From assembly GCA_020891255.1 (NCBI GenBank), contig BQFW01000006.1:2232001-2296000 (forward strand): a stretch of DNA of 64,000 nucleotides, written 5' to 3'. This DNA is from Entomortierella parvispora E1425 (taxonomy: Eukaryota; Fungi; Mortierellomycota). The translations under genes were made by a program, and so were the position numbers. Positions 48,187-60,991 of this stretch are shown here, piece by piece (position 1 is the stretch's first letter; each line of letters opens with the position of its first letter). The notes under the pieces were generated by a model. The model worked only from the letters and a program-made list of their open reading frames with translations, searched no databases and was not told the DNA's origin.

Positions 48187-48522
48187 GCACCCTGTAGTTT
48201 TTTTTCTTTTGTTAATTTGTATAAAAGAGCAACACCATGGACGACGCGCGAAAAAGTTGTTGACATGAGATCAATAGAGTGTGAGGAAGGGGCGCGTCTA
48301 GGCGCGTCTGTGCCAGGGAAGTGACAGACTCCAATTGGGTGAATAGCGAAATCCTGCCGCGGTTGTCACTCACCAGGATCCTCTCTGATTTGAACCCCAG
48401 TTCTTTTTTCATTGTCAGTGTGGGCGCACTCACAATGCTCTCCCCTTCCCCTTCCACCTTTCTCCAAACCACTTCATCTCTGTAGCCTGAACAAGCAAAT
48501 CGCCCACACTCTTTCCCTTGCA

Positions 48523-51055
48523 ATGGGTATCGGCAACTTCTCGATCACCACAGCCGTCATCTGTTTGTGCCTAGTTTGCTATGTCGGTTGGCTTTTGGCC
48601 GATTACCTGATTCTCTGGGCTAGAACAATACGCCGCCATTATGTCTTTGGCCAAGTTGATCTGTACTGGTCTGTTGTGGTACTATTGCCGTTACTCATCG
48701 GTTATTTCACCACTGTCTGGTACAATTACTTCCAATCCGTCTCTCAATTCCAGCTGTTTATCGCCAAGGTCATCTCCCCCTCCATATCTTCAAGGGCTCA
48801 TTTCTCGTTTTGGGAGCGCCACAACAGGACGCCCAAAGTCTGGTGTCTGGCCGGGATTATCATCTTCCTTAACCTATACAAGTTTATCTTCACTACCGTG
48901 CGAAGTAGACAAATTCTGTTTATCAACATGTTCGGCAACACACCGTTGGCGACTGTGCGCTCACTTGCCTATGGAGCGGCGCAAACACTTCTTTTAAACG
49001 CCTCTATCATCCTGTTCCTGGTGCTGAGGAGAAGCATGTTGGAGGCGGCTTTTGGGCTGACCAACAAAGAAACTTTGCCGCTGCATCGATGGTTGGGTGC
49101 GTCCATGGTCTGTTGGGCGATACTGCATGCATCGTTCACGCTGTCGTGGTTGAGTATGGCGGATCGGCTGAAGAGCGATATTGCATTCACGGACAAGACC
49201 CGTGGAAACCGCAATCTGTGCGGTGTTTTTGCCTTGGTAAAAAAAAAGCCTGGTTTCACACACAAAATGACCCTGCATGTTTTTCGTTGGCCACGTTTGA
49301 GGCTGTGTGGCTTCCCCCCCCGATTTCAGAGAAAAAAAGCCTAGAAATAATTTTATTCACATTGTTTTATTCTCGGGTTTTATTTTTTAGTGTGGTCTGG
49401 TTGTTTTGGGCGTCTTTGCACTCCCAAAGGTCCGTCGGGCATTCTACCCTGTCTATTTGTATGTGCACCGCTGCGCGGCTTTCATCTTCCTCACCGGCCT
49501 CATGATGCACTACCCATCAGTGATGCTCTGGTACTATATCCTGCCCAGCTTCATACTCTTTCTCCTTGACCGTTTCGTTCCAAGGATCTTACAGGCCTGG
49601 TCTCTTGATCCAACCGCCACCTTTACTCTGAACGTCGATGCACGCATTGTCCGAATCCAGCTCAGCTCGCGCGAACCCATGAAGCCTTACCTTCCAGGCG
49701 ATTTCATTAGAATAATGGTCCCCGGGCTTGGAAACATCTACCATCCTTTCACAATTGCAAGCTACTGGCCTGAAGACCCTTACAAGATGACATTGTTTGT
49801 ACGCGTATTTGGCAACTCAAGGCTTTGCTGGACCAATGCCCTCGCCAAGGTCTGCAATGGAAACGAAGGGCCGAAGGACAGGAAGGTTGCCAATTTGCGA
49901 GTCCATGTCGATGGCCCCTATGGCGGCCGTCGCCACGACTACCTCAAAGCTGACACTGTGATTATTTTTATCGCCGGTACTGCCATTACCACTTTTATGG
50001 CCTTGATCAAGGCCATTGCTGCCCAGATCGCGGCCTCCCCAGGGCCTTCTCGCATGCAATTGTATCTGATCTGCACTTTCCACACCTGCAGTGAACTGCA
50101 TGCATACGGTTCATTCCTGCATCAGATCACTCATGATCCTCGCTTCACCAATTGGTTGCATGCTGAGATATTTATTACCCGACCAGAAAAGCGTGAAACG
50201 TCGCAAGGAGCTCCTACTCGTGCGGCCAGCAATCATACCGCAACCTGTAGTCATATTTCCGCTGACACCGCAGGGTCGATTACCACTCACCTGCTGCTAC
50301 CGACGGTCGAACCTGAATTCTCCCCTCATTCCGAAAAGAAAGCGACCGGGTCCACGATTTACGATGGTCGTCCACTCCCAACCTTTGATAGTTCTTCCAT
50401 CTCTGCCGGGTTGGCCTCCAACCGGCAGGCGAAATACGATCTGGCGATCAGCTTCGTTTTGGTCGTGATCCCCTTGAGTGTCTTTTACGGTCTGCGAGCA
50501 GTCTCCTGGGAAGGGTCGAGCCATTGGTGTAGGACTACGATGGACATTAACAGCAATCGAACAGTTCTCATCTGTGACTGGACGTACGCTCTTATACCGG
50601 GCTTTGCGCATCTGATTACGTTTTTGGTGCTAGGATACTCGGCCATATATTTTGCGCGTCGGTCACATCGTCGTCGGATGCAAAGGGAAAGACGCGGAGC
50701 TGATGTCGAGGGCAACGAGGCCATGACAGGGGCTGGTCGCGAGAGTACGTTCGGGCTAGATGATGGAAACTGGGACGAGGGAGATGTTCCATATACTCGT
50801 GGCAGGATGAAGATAAGCCAAGTGATTCAAAATTTCCTGGATAAAGGAATTGGCTGCTCATCCTCCTCTGCCCAGCGTCCAGTGTTTTCTATGGAAACAG
50901 GAGAGACACAAGAGCCAAAGGAGGGTCAGCTTGGAACCAGCGGATTGGTTGCTGTTCTGGCAGGTGGACCTGAGGGGTTTGTGAACATGATTAAGTGCCG
51001 GGTCTACAAGGCCGCCTGGTCTGTCGAGTTCTACCGTGTGACCTGGACAATGTAG
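48523..51055 (+). CDS. Ferric/cupric reductase (FRO/FRE type), paralogue 3 (divergent)
   Basis: LHRWLG, ILHAS, YVHRC, MHYP, YHPFTIAS, VDGPYGG and IAGTAITTF. Intron 49237-49390, at the same position as in paralogue 2. Confidence 0.85.
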
Positions 51056-51110
51056 ATCCCCCTGCTTGCTCCCTGCTAGTGTATAATATGCCCCGTTTTT
51101 AATAAGTTTT

Positions 51111-52116
51111 CTACATGCGTCGCTTCTCGCTCTTCTGTGTCCGCTTCTTCTCCTTTTCCTGGGCTAGCCTTTGCTTTTCCAAAGCAAGCTTATTCCTTTC
51201 CTTCTCCATCTCGCTGGCCTTCTTCATTTCCGCACGTCGGACCGCGTCCTTTTGCTTTTGAATCTCTGAATTGTTGTTGGCCATCATCAATGGGTCCGCG
51301 GTCGAGACATTGCCGGCAGCAGCCTTCGCAGATCGATCCTTGTAAACAATCTCTAGTTCTCCATCTGCTCCCTCTACCATCTCATCCAGGTCGTAACCGT
51401 ATTGGGCAAGAAGGGCATCCCGCTTTTTGCGCTCTTCCTTGGTCATGTTCTTGACAACGTGACGAGATGACATTGAGAGGGCACCCTCACGGTTCTGACT
51501 GTTGTTGAGGTTGGAGCTGAGGGAAGCGCGTTCCTTCTCTATAGGATCGGAAAAAAAAAGTGAAGAGGGAAAATGGCGGGTCAGTCATACCTGACGGGGG
51601 ACGTTTTGATGGATCGATGGAAGGCCCAGAAATCATTACCCTTGGCAGCCTCAAGGGCCTTTTCCTTTTCTTCCTGGACCTTCTTTGCCTCATCTTCCTT
51701 GAGTTTGTTCCAGAACTCAAAGACGCTATCAATGACAGTCTCTGTGGGTTCTTCTGTCACATCGGCCAAGAGCTCGGTGATAGCCTCTCTCTTCTCGGGT
51801 TCTTCCATCGATTCCTCTTCCACGATCCTGGCAAAGTATTCAGTGATGGCCTAACAAAAAAAAACATCCAATGATACGTATAAGTTCCATGAATGGTCCA
51901 ACACGTAGGGAGTCCACAGAAGAAAGAAGTCCCTTGGAAAAAAAAAGGTCGTCTTCCATGGGAGTCCCTTTTTCTTTCAATGGTCAAAAAACAAAAAGGC
52001 CAATCCTCAATCGAATCCCTGTGTCCATGCGCTACCTCATCCTCCAGGCTGATGCCAGCAAGACGCTCTGCAATGTAGGCCTCGATCTCGTTGCTGTCTT
52101 CCATGGTAATGTCCAT
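51111..52116 (-). CDS. CCDC43-like coiled-coil protein
   Basis: N-terminal helical domain (EAYIAERLAGISLEDEVA...), KRDALLAQYGY and C-terminal KEKKRTQKSEKRRM; two introns. Confidence 0.75.
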
Positions 52117-52378
52117 TGAGTTCCTTAGAGAGGGAGTTTGTTGATGTTCTTGCGACTGCGGTCTGCACCGTGCAGAAGTGAACTTTGATCAACATACCCT
52201 TAAGTTGATACCTTCGGAAGAAAGAAAGACATGTATTGTTGATCTTTTCACGTCAATTCCTAAAAAGACAACCCTGCCTCTCCGCTTTCTCCCTCCCAAC
52301 CAGCATCAGCAACCATTCACAGGACAATCGACTTTTTTTTTTTAGCAAACAACAGGAACAGCAATTCTTTAAAACGCC

Positions 52379-52952
52379 ATGACGCAAGAAACTGCCAACC
52401 ATCCTTCCAGAGCCGATCGCCAGAATTGCTGGAAAGTCCGCGATGCCTACTTTGAATGTTTAAACGAGGCCAAGGTCTTGGACCCCTTTGCGCCCGCTGC
52501 CGCCAATGTCTGTCAGAACCTCAAGGAGAAGTACGAGAAAGGCTGCATGAAGAGCTGGGTAAAGAAAAAAAAAAGACGTGTTCTCTTGTTCTGTGTTGTT
52601 GATGCGCCATAGAGAACTTTTTGCCACCAAAATTCTTGCATGCCGTACTGACCCGATCCTTCATCTTTCACTCTTTGGAACTGCCCAATCGCCTAGGTCG
52701 AGTACTTCAACAAGAGTAAGTCGAAAGACATTGTTTTGTGAATGAAATACTTACAGTTCGAATTCCAAGAACCAAGAACGGGTCAATGGATCAGTCGCGT
52801 TTCGAGCATTATCCTTAACCTCCTTTTCCCTCTCATCATGATTCTTAGGACGCGTATTAGAAGTCGAGCAAAAGGAGCTTCTGGAGCGCATGCGAGCACA
52901 ACATCAGGCTGTCAAGGACAGAGAGGAGCAGACAAAAAATCAGTCGTCATAG
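52379..52952 (+). CDS. COA6: Cytochrome c oxidase assembly factor Coa6 (COX6B-like twin-Cys fold)
   Basis: PSRADRQNCWKVRDAYFECL...CQNLKEKYEKGCMKSW|VEYFNK|...RVLEVEQ; two introns. Confidence 0.8.
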
Positions 52953-53204
52953 AATAAAACCGGCCTCTCACCAACAGCACTCTTCATAAACACAACGCCA
53001 AATAGAAATATGTCTCTCGCGCAACCCTGCCTTAATTTCGTTGAGGAATGCTATATTTTATTGGAGTTACAAGGATATTTCGGTTCAGAATGGGTGTGAG
53101 AGGTGGAATATGAGGTAGCGGGAACGATGGCGTCCATTAGATGAAAGTAGAGAATCGAAATGATATTTTACAGGTAGATACGAAAAAAGAAAAAAGTGGC
53201 CGTT

Positions 53205-56116
53205 TTAGAGCAAGCCACCCGATGAGAACGACCTCGTTCCAGTGAAGCCTAAACAAAGACGAATAATACCAGTAAGGACTCGTGCACTGGAACGTCTATA
53301 CCTCAATTCATGTACAGTTGTAAAGTTGCGGCTTACCAATGAGGCCAAGATATTGAAGGTCAATGTTTTCAGGAGGTTGCAGAGAATTTGTGCAACGCGA
53401 CCTCAAAAGCTTGATCAGGACATAGCGCCCAGATCTATAGGGAAAAAGTTGGCAAAGAGTTTTCAGATCAATTGCTGAACAGACAAGTACACTTCCAAGG
53501 TATTTGAGGGTATTACCTGTTGGGAAGGAAGTCCAGAGAACAAGATTCGTCAGGTCCCTCAAGACGAAAGAAAGCGGCTGGAACAAGAGCATCGGCACTG
53601 GCACCGAGTCGCTGCAGCATCTGATCAAAGCTCGAGCCCTGGTTGATGATCTCAATGTATTCCTCATACCGCTCGCGAGTCATGTTGTCAAAGAACGTTG
53701 TCTTTTCAAGTGGAATGGGCTCATGGCTGATGAAAATCAAGCCCTCCTTGCATGGTGCGGTAAAGCCGGCGGTTGGGGCTTTTGCCCTGAATTGTGTCAG
53801 GACACACGTCTGACTTGACTCTGCAAGCTTCAGACAAATGTTGATGTTTGTTGATCTCCTCGAACTAGACCAGGAGAGAAAAATACCTAGGTTAGTCGCC
53901 AGTTGCAAAATATACCAACAATATATCAGCCCATCGCATCCATACCAGTAAACAGAAGCGTCGTTTCTCAAGACGTTATCTACAGAGTGAGAGGCATTGA
54001 ACTCTCCTCCATCTGAATAACACAGTTCAAACTTGAGGGGTCGCACATCGCCCGAAAACTCGACACTGGTTGCCGAGATGATTTCCTCACCGCAGGTTCT
54101 GAAGTCCATAGATTCTCGGTGCTGAAAGTCCGTTCCTCGAAGGCCATCCAAAGTCATGGATGTAGACCGAGGTCTAAACAGCGTGTTTGTTCCAGACTGA
54201 GCGTATTGGCCATGGACTCCGTGAATAGAGTTTTGACGCACCAGAGGCGTGTGTCTTTCTGGGTAAGGCAGTGATGGTCTCCGGAACGAAGGGTTGCTGT
54301 CGTACTCATGATATGAACTTCGAGAAAGGGCAATCAAGTCAGGCGTGATGGAGGAGTTGATAACGTTATGTGGCCAGGAGGATGATCTACTGCCCGAGAA
54401 CATGGCAGTCAGGGCTGCTGCCGATCTGGGTGACAATGGAGCGTGCTGTGGACGCTCCAGAGGGGTTGGTGATGGGGAGCTGGGAGAGTGAGGTGTATAA
54501 GGCGCCGGTACATAGTGCCGCCGGCTCTGAATAACCTCCTCAATCCCATCGTCATCATCTTCGCTGGTTATCTCTTCATCCTCTTCCTCAATCAAGGTAG
54601 GGTGGCTCAGGTGGCGAGGAATGACAACAGCGGCAAATTCATCGCCGTCGTCGTCAAACATTGAATGATAATTGCCCGCCCTCCTGTACTGGATAAAGTC
54701 CAGGTCGTCTGTGATATCGGCCATGCTAAGATCTGTATCGTCGTCAGAGTCCTGCGTAACTATATACTGGAGCTCACCATTGTGGTTCGATAGTGGAGGA
54801 GAGTCCGTACCCAAATCGTCGTCATGTCTCAAAGATGAAGAGGACGAGAAGCGAGGGTTCAGAAGACGAAAGTGGATCCGATCGTCCACCTGGGATGCAG
54901 AGCGAGCCACAGCACCCCGGTCAATCTCCATAGTCATTGTCACGCTATCATCGTCATCGTCGTCGTTACTATCGTCGCCGTTGCCGTTGAGATCGACGTG
55001 GCTGACTGCGAGGCTGCGGTTGGAGGAAATCAAAGACTCGTTTCGGTGGCGAGACACGGGACTGCTTCCGAGTGCAGGGTTCAACACCTCAAGGTCACGG
55101 TCCTCGTGGACACGGGCACTTGTGCTCTCGCTCGAGCGATCTGCATCATTGACTGTCGTGGTCCGTGTGGTCGATGCTGCTGCTGTCGTTATTGATCGAT
55201 TTGACGGCAGGGGGGATGGAGAAGGGGAGGACAAGGAGGAGATGACGCTGACGGAGGCGGAGGAAGGATCACTTGCTGCAGAGACAATGCTGGCCTGACT
55301 GAAGCCGTCGTTGTTGCTGCTGTTGATGCTGCTTGTGAAGGCGGGCATGGCCGGGTGGTGCGTCAGCGATCGCTGCATCGGTGTAGAAGACAGCACCGTG
55401 TTTTCAGGCGCAAATCCTTCTAATACTGGAGCAGCTGCTGTCGAAGCTCTATGAAGAGGATAGGCCGAGTGGGGGTACTGTCTCTCTACCATTCTTGACT
55501 GCGAGCTCAAATAGGTAGAGATACTCTCTACAGGTTCTGAACTCTCCATTTGAAAAGGCGTATTCCCTGGCAAACTCTGAGCAGCTGTTGAAGTGAGGTT
55601 GGGTGTAGTTGCAGCAGCGCCAAAAGACGCAGAGCCTGGCGTTGCAGAAGTGGAGACTAGTGTCGAGAACAGAACGGTGCCGTGATCGTGAAGTTGAGAG
55701 GGTCGCTGTGGGTAGAGTGAAGACGCAGAGGACGAAGGACTGTACTCATGGTCGAACGATCGACGGGGAGAGGAAGAGTTTTGGTATTGCCGCTCCTGCG
55801 ACAGGAACTGGCGCTCTATCCTGCTGTTGGGGTGATTCGTAGGAGCAAAGGAGGAGATGTACCGTGTCCTGGGAGAGTAGTGGTTGTGTGGATGGTGAAG
55901 GTGTTGATGGCGATGTACTCCCACGCTGCTCGTGTCGATCGGCGACCGGCGCTGGAGTCTTCCCCAACGCCTTGTGGGGGGACTGTCGAGGGTCTGGGTC
56001 TGGAACCAGGCATCGCCACCACTGCTGCCGTTGGTGCTAAGGTTGCCGTTGGCAATGCTGGTAGAGCGAAGGCTGCCTGCGACAAAAGACTCGGGGGTCG
56101 AGACCGGGACGGGCAT
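53205..56116 (-). CDS. Uncharacterised protein: long disordered N-terminus plus C-terminal beta-sandwich (galactose-binding-like) region
   Basis: Conserved-looking C-terminus LKFELCYSDGGEF...NVLRNDASVYC|SRRS...KAPTAGFTAPCKEGLIF...SGRYVLIKLLRS...NIDLQYLGLIG. Three 3' introns; stop at 53205. Confidence 0.7.
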
Positions 56117-57039
56117 GGCTTGACTCCGAGAAGGAATGCAGGAAAGGAATGAGAGAAGGAGCGAGCAAGCCTGTCAGAATGAAAGAAAGAATGAAAGACT
56201 GGACGACTGGACGAATGAGAAGGCAACGAGAGCAAGGAAAGAGAAGGGTCAAGCAAGGAAGCAAGGCGTCGAGAGGAGTGAAGAGGGGAAGGAAGGCGAA
56301 GGACAGACAGAGATGCACCCACACAGAAGCACAAGGTCAAGCAAGCAGGCGCACTGATAGATGGAAAAGTCCCGCCCAAAACGCGTCCAGAAAAAAAAAG
56401 AGAAAAAATCTGCTGGATTACTGCCTTGGTTTCGGTCTTCTTTTTCTGTGGTGTCTTGGGTCTTTCTTGCGATGTTGCTTGCGGTCACTTGCGCGCGAGA
56501 GAGACCCCTGCCTGCCGCCTGCCCACCTGCAGCTCGTATTTTTAGTCAATTCGGCTTCGTTCCCCTACTTCAGGAGGATCCTGACTCTTGTTCGCTCGCT
56601 GACCTTGCAACGGACACAGTCTGACAATGTTTTCTGGCGTTGACGTTAGTGCGATCGTCCAACTTGGATGTGCCTGCTCCCTTTCTCCCTTAGGATCAAA
56701 CCCCAGACCTAGCGTCTCGGAGCGGGGAGAGGGGGAACGACCCATGAAAAGCGCTCCGGTTGGGCGCTGGTGATCAGTTATTCCAGATTCCCAATCCTCC
56801 TGAGCTGAATCCCTGCTGCCGCTGTTTGCTGTTGCGCAACAGCAGCACAGAAATTGGCACCCACCCCCTCCCCTCGGCTGACTCTCCTTTTTTTTTTTCT
56901 CTTCCCTTTTTTCATTTCAACGACATTCGAATCTCTCCTGATGTCTCTTTCTCTGTTGTCTCCGCCTGTTGTGTTTCCGATTGTTTTATTATCATTTTTT
57001 GCTAATCAGCAACACGGGTGGTCTTGTCTGTTGCTTGCT

Positions 57040-58298
57040 TCATGAACGAGTTGGTCTGGGCATCACTGCTCCAGCGTTCGCCAGTCTATCTGCCATTTCA
57101 TTGCCAAATTCGCCAACGTGGGCTCTAACGTGAACCTGAAGTAGGCGAGAATTGGAATAGCGAGCACCGAAGAATCAAAGATCGGCGATGAAAAAAAAAG
57201 GATTAGAGGACCATTGGGTGAAGGGACAGTTGGCAATAGGTGTGGTTACATGCAAAATCTAAAATAACCTACCCAATTGATGGGGCCAGGTCGCTTTTTG
57301 ATCTTTTCCATCAAGGGCTCGATAATATCACGGTTCATAACTGGATCGCCATCGCTCCTCCGCCAGTTGTTTTTTGCCCATCCTTCTGCCCACTTTGTGA
57401 CAACTATTAACAGAAACAAAAAGCGTCGAGTCATGTTACTGTCTCCATGACTCCACATGGTGTCTCAGGAGAAATGAGTGCATATCTTTTTCCGCTTACT
57501 GTTAACTGTATACATGCTGTCAGTTCGGATCTCAATGGGTTTCGTGTCACTTCCACATGCCTCCAGCGCCCGATATGCCGCCTTTTCAAGTTGCAAATGA
57601 GAGAGAAAAAGCCATCCAGTGAGTCTGAGTGATCAACATAAAGCCGTAAGTACACTCATCCTTGATCCATCGTTATTGAACATACCGTGAGTTCAGCTCT
57701 TTGATTCGTCTGAGTGTCAGAGTCCAGTCTTTCGCTAATATTCCTGGGATCGTTGACTCCAAAAAAGACTCCCACGCCAGCCTGGGACTTTGCCTTTCCA
57801 TTGCCAAGTGCGCTTCCGTCCGTATATACCACCAGTGTATCCGAAGAAGTCATGCGAACGCCGTTGCTGATCCTAATATTGTCCTTTGTAGCTTTCGTAT
57901 TGACCGCACTTCCCGCTTTTGAGGTTGTTCCTGGAGATACTGAGGAAGTATGATGAGACCGGCCGGCGGCCGTGGCGGCGTACGGTTTGCCAGAGGCAGC
58001 TGTGGAGCCATTATGGGAGGGTTTGGTATAATTGAGTCTGGGACCGTTACGGACGAATTCCTCGGCCTCCTTTTGAGTGTCAAACTTTTTGAACTTTGCC
58101 CCAACGACGCCCGAGACTTGCTTTTCGCAATCAGGCCTAAGGGGGTGGAGGTCCATGTGTGGTCAGTGGGCCTGATCCCGAAGAAAAGAATTTCAGGTCC
58201 AGAGGATGAGCATGTAGGTACCATGTATAGTAGATGCCTTTTGTCTTGCCGACATGCACGGCGTAGAATCCTTGTTTGGGGGCTTTTGACTTTGGCAT
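57040..58298 (-). CDS. RNH1: Ribonuclease H1 (N-terminal hybrid-binding domain plus catalytic domain)
   Basis: GFYAVHVGKTKGIYYTW|PDCEKQV, VYTDGS, TNQRAEL, IRTDSMY and HVRAHVGEFGNEMADRLA; four introns. Confidence 0.93.
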
Positions 58299-58905
58299 GA
58301 TGACGGCGCAAATGATCTTCTTGAGCATGTAGAAGACAGAAAGAGCACCTTTATACCATTCAGGCGCAGAAAAGGGATCGCATCCATCCTCCTGCGCACG
58401 GGGCTCAAAAGTTCCCCATTCAATCTTTGATTTTTTTTCGTAAGCCACCAATTTTAGTCCATGTTATAATATTATTCAAGATTTATCCAGATAAAATTTA
58501 TCACCTGCGTTTGACCCATATCATGGACCTCAGACCAGCAGGATGAAGTAGGACGTGCAAAAGTCTATCATAGAGGCCAATGGCAACGACAGAAGATAGC
58601 GAGCGGGCAGCAGCTGCGCACGATTTGGACGGGAAATAAAGTATTTGTTTGGAATGGAAATAAGGAACTTGTTGATCATGCGACTCCAGCATCAAGGAGG
58701 CTTCAACACTTTTTTCAATTGCTCCTGTGCTACTTCCCCTTGATCCTTGATCCTTGGTGTCCCCCCCTCCTGTTCGTTCATTGTATCTCTGTCCCTGCCC
58801 CTTGATGTTGTTATTTAATGTGTGGGGTTGAACGGGTATAAAAAAAAAAGTACGGTCCGGTCGCTTCAAACATCATTCACTTTTTCATCCAACAATCTTT
58901 GAACC

Positions 58906-59667
58906 ATGGCACAATTCCGTTACACTCGTACCACAATCTACTCCATATAACCAATCGAGCCTCCTACAACGCATCACAAGAATCGGTGGCAAGAACTCTG
59001 CACCAATCATCACGAAAACCTTGGTATAAACCCCGCAATAGCATCATTCCCAGATAACCTCACAAGTTCATAAGTTGATCCACATACAAAGAGCATCGAT
59101 CTGACGTGGGATTGTAACTAACTGGCTGGACATTTATCTTCAGTTCCTCGTCCCCTTTTTATCGTGCATGCTTATAAACTCTTCGCAGCTATCCTGCTCA
59201 TTGCAACCGTGCTTGCACAGCATAATGGAGGTCAACCAAAATGCGCATTGCGTTGTTTGGCAGCTGCTAGAGTGCAGAGTGGATGCCATCGAAGTGATGG
59301 CGCCTGTGCCTGCAAAGCTGACACTCTGAAAAGGTTAGAGGTTATGGCAGCTCCTTGTGTTTTATCTATGTGCCGTCCTCAAGAAGCGGCTAGAGTCCAA
59401 GTGGCACTCGCTGCTGCCTGTCCTGGTGCTGCAAGGATTGCACCTGGTGCTGCAAGGATTGCACCTGGTGCTGCAAGGATTGCACCTGGTGCACCTGGTG
59501 CTGATGGTGCTCTTCGTACTCCTGGTACTCCTGGTACTCCTGGTCATCCTGGTCATCCTGGTCATCCTGGTCATCCTGGTCTTCCTGGTCTTCCTGGTTC
59601 TCCTGGTGCTTGTGATGCTCCCCCTGCTCCCCGTGCTCCCGCTGCACGTGGTGCACCTGGGCAGTGA
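58906..59667 (+). CDS. Secreted CFEM-domain protein with Pro-Gly-X repeat tail
   Basis: Eight-Cys CFEM pattern PKCALRC...GCHRSDGACAC...C...C...C preceded by signal peptide ILLIATVLA. The main exon has no in-frame ATG; the start is inferred at 58906 via a phase-1 intron (donor gtacca 58928, acceptor 59188 or 59143). Confidence 0.7.
59422..59484 (+). repeat. Three exact copies of a 21-bp coding tandem repeat (PGAARIA)
   Basis: Unit cctggtgctgcaaggattgca. Confidence 0.9.
59521..59610 (+). repeat. Ten copies of a 9-bp coding tandem repeat (Pro-Gly-X)
   Basis: Unit cctggtNNN with X = T,T,H,H,H,H,L,L,S,A. Confidence 0.9.
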
Positions 59668-59959
59668 ACCTGGGCGACCAAATTCCTCCGACAACGAACC
59701 CTTAATTGAGAATAAAAAAACATGATATTCGTCACCTCCGCTTGACCAATCGTGCAGCTGCGCACCATTTGAAGAGGAAATAAAGTGATTGTTTGGCATG
59801 GAAATAACGAATTTCACAAGTCACGTGTCCATCGGCCGCCAAGTTGCGAGTTGCTTCGATGCATCGACATGCACGTCTCTTGATTCCTTTCTTCTCATTG
59901 ACCCTTGTATCTCTCTACCTCTCTATTTACTTTTCTCATATATTTCTTTATTACCAAAC

Positions 59960-60899
59960 ATGGAATCATTTCCGATCGACACCTTGCCCTCTGTGGGTGA
60001 CATTCATCTCGCTTGCTTTACTGGTGTCAGGAATGCAGCCGACCTGAAAGAGCGTCTTCAGGTCCAAGACAAGAGTCTCACGTTTGCGATGGTTGAGTCC
60101 AACTTGGTATATGGAACCGACTCTATGTTTTCTACTTGTCTCTCGATCCTGGGGGGAATTAGCTGTGACGATATATATCTTGGTTCTAACCTCAAGTTAT
60201 CGCCTCTATTTTTATAACGAACCTTCGCCAGATCATGGACGTTTTTCAGATTCTACTCGCAGCCACCAAAGCCGCACAGGATAACGAGTCGGGAAAACTC
60301 AAGACCCAGACATTGAGCTCCGAGATTGTCTATAACCTGTCCCCTACCAACAATGTAAAGTTCGACACAGACAGAAGCAAGGGGAAATGGAACCACCTTG
60401 AGAATCTGGCAATGGCTGTCAATAACCGAACGATGACCGCGATGTCACCTTTGCGCGTTTTAATTCTTTCATTGTGCTTGTTTTTTTTTTTTTTTTTTTT
60501 TTTGACTTCATACAGATCGCCGAGTCGCTCAAGAGGTTTGGCATCACAGAGGACACGACGTCATTGATTGCTGTCAAAATTGGAGGCGACCCAGACGAAG
60601 TTTTGGAAGATATGTCCAATACCGTGGATGGCAATCTGATCTCCTTTTCTAAACTTGATCAAGAAAAGGACATGGAGAAGCTTCGGAAGGTAAAGCGTGT
60701 CCTCTTCTTTTTCATATTTTTTCTCCCTGACCTCCATTGTGCGAGGGGGATTGTTTCTCAATTTTGTTCTATTTTCTCACTTTTTCTTGTTTTTCATTGC
60801 AAAACAACATAGTTCTACAAGATTGATCCAAAAGTGACAGATGACAAGGCCATCTTGAACTGGATCATCGGAGGCATTGCCATGAAGAACGTTCAATAA
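59960..60899 (+). CDS. CGI121: EKC/KEOPS subunit Cgi121/TPRKB
   Basis: FTGVRNAADL, KLKTQTLSSEIVYNLSPTNN|IAESLKRFGI, LRK|FYKI and IAMK; three introns. Confidence 0.9.
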
Positions 60900-60991
60900 A
60901 AAGGCAATATGTTACAGAGGAAATTGAAGTCTTTTTAATGGGGAACGATTAAAAGTAAAACTAAAGGAGAAAAGGGGTCCAGTGTAGGGTC

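Noticed and set aside
59422-59610. Regular repeats as a CRISPR-like array
   Set aside because: In-frame coding tandem repeats without unique spacers, in a eukaryotic genome.
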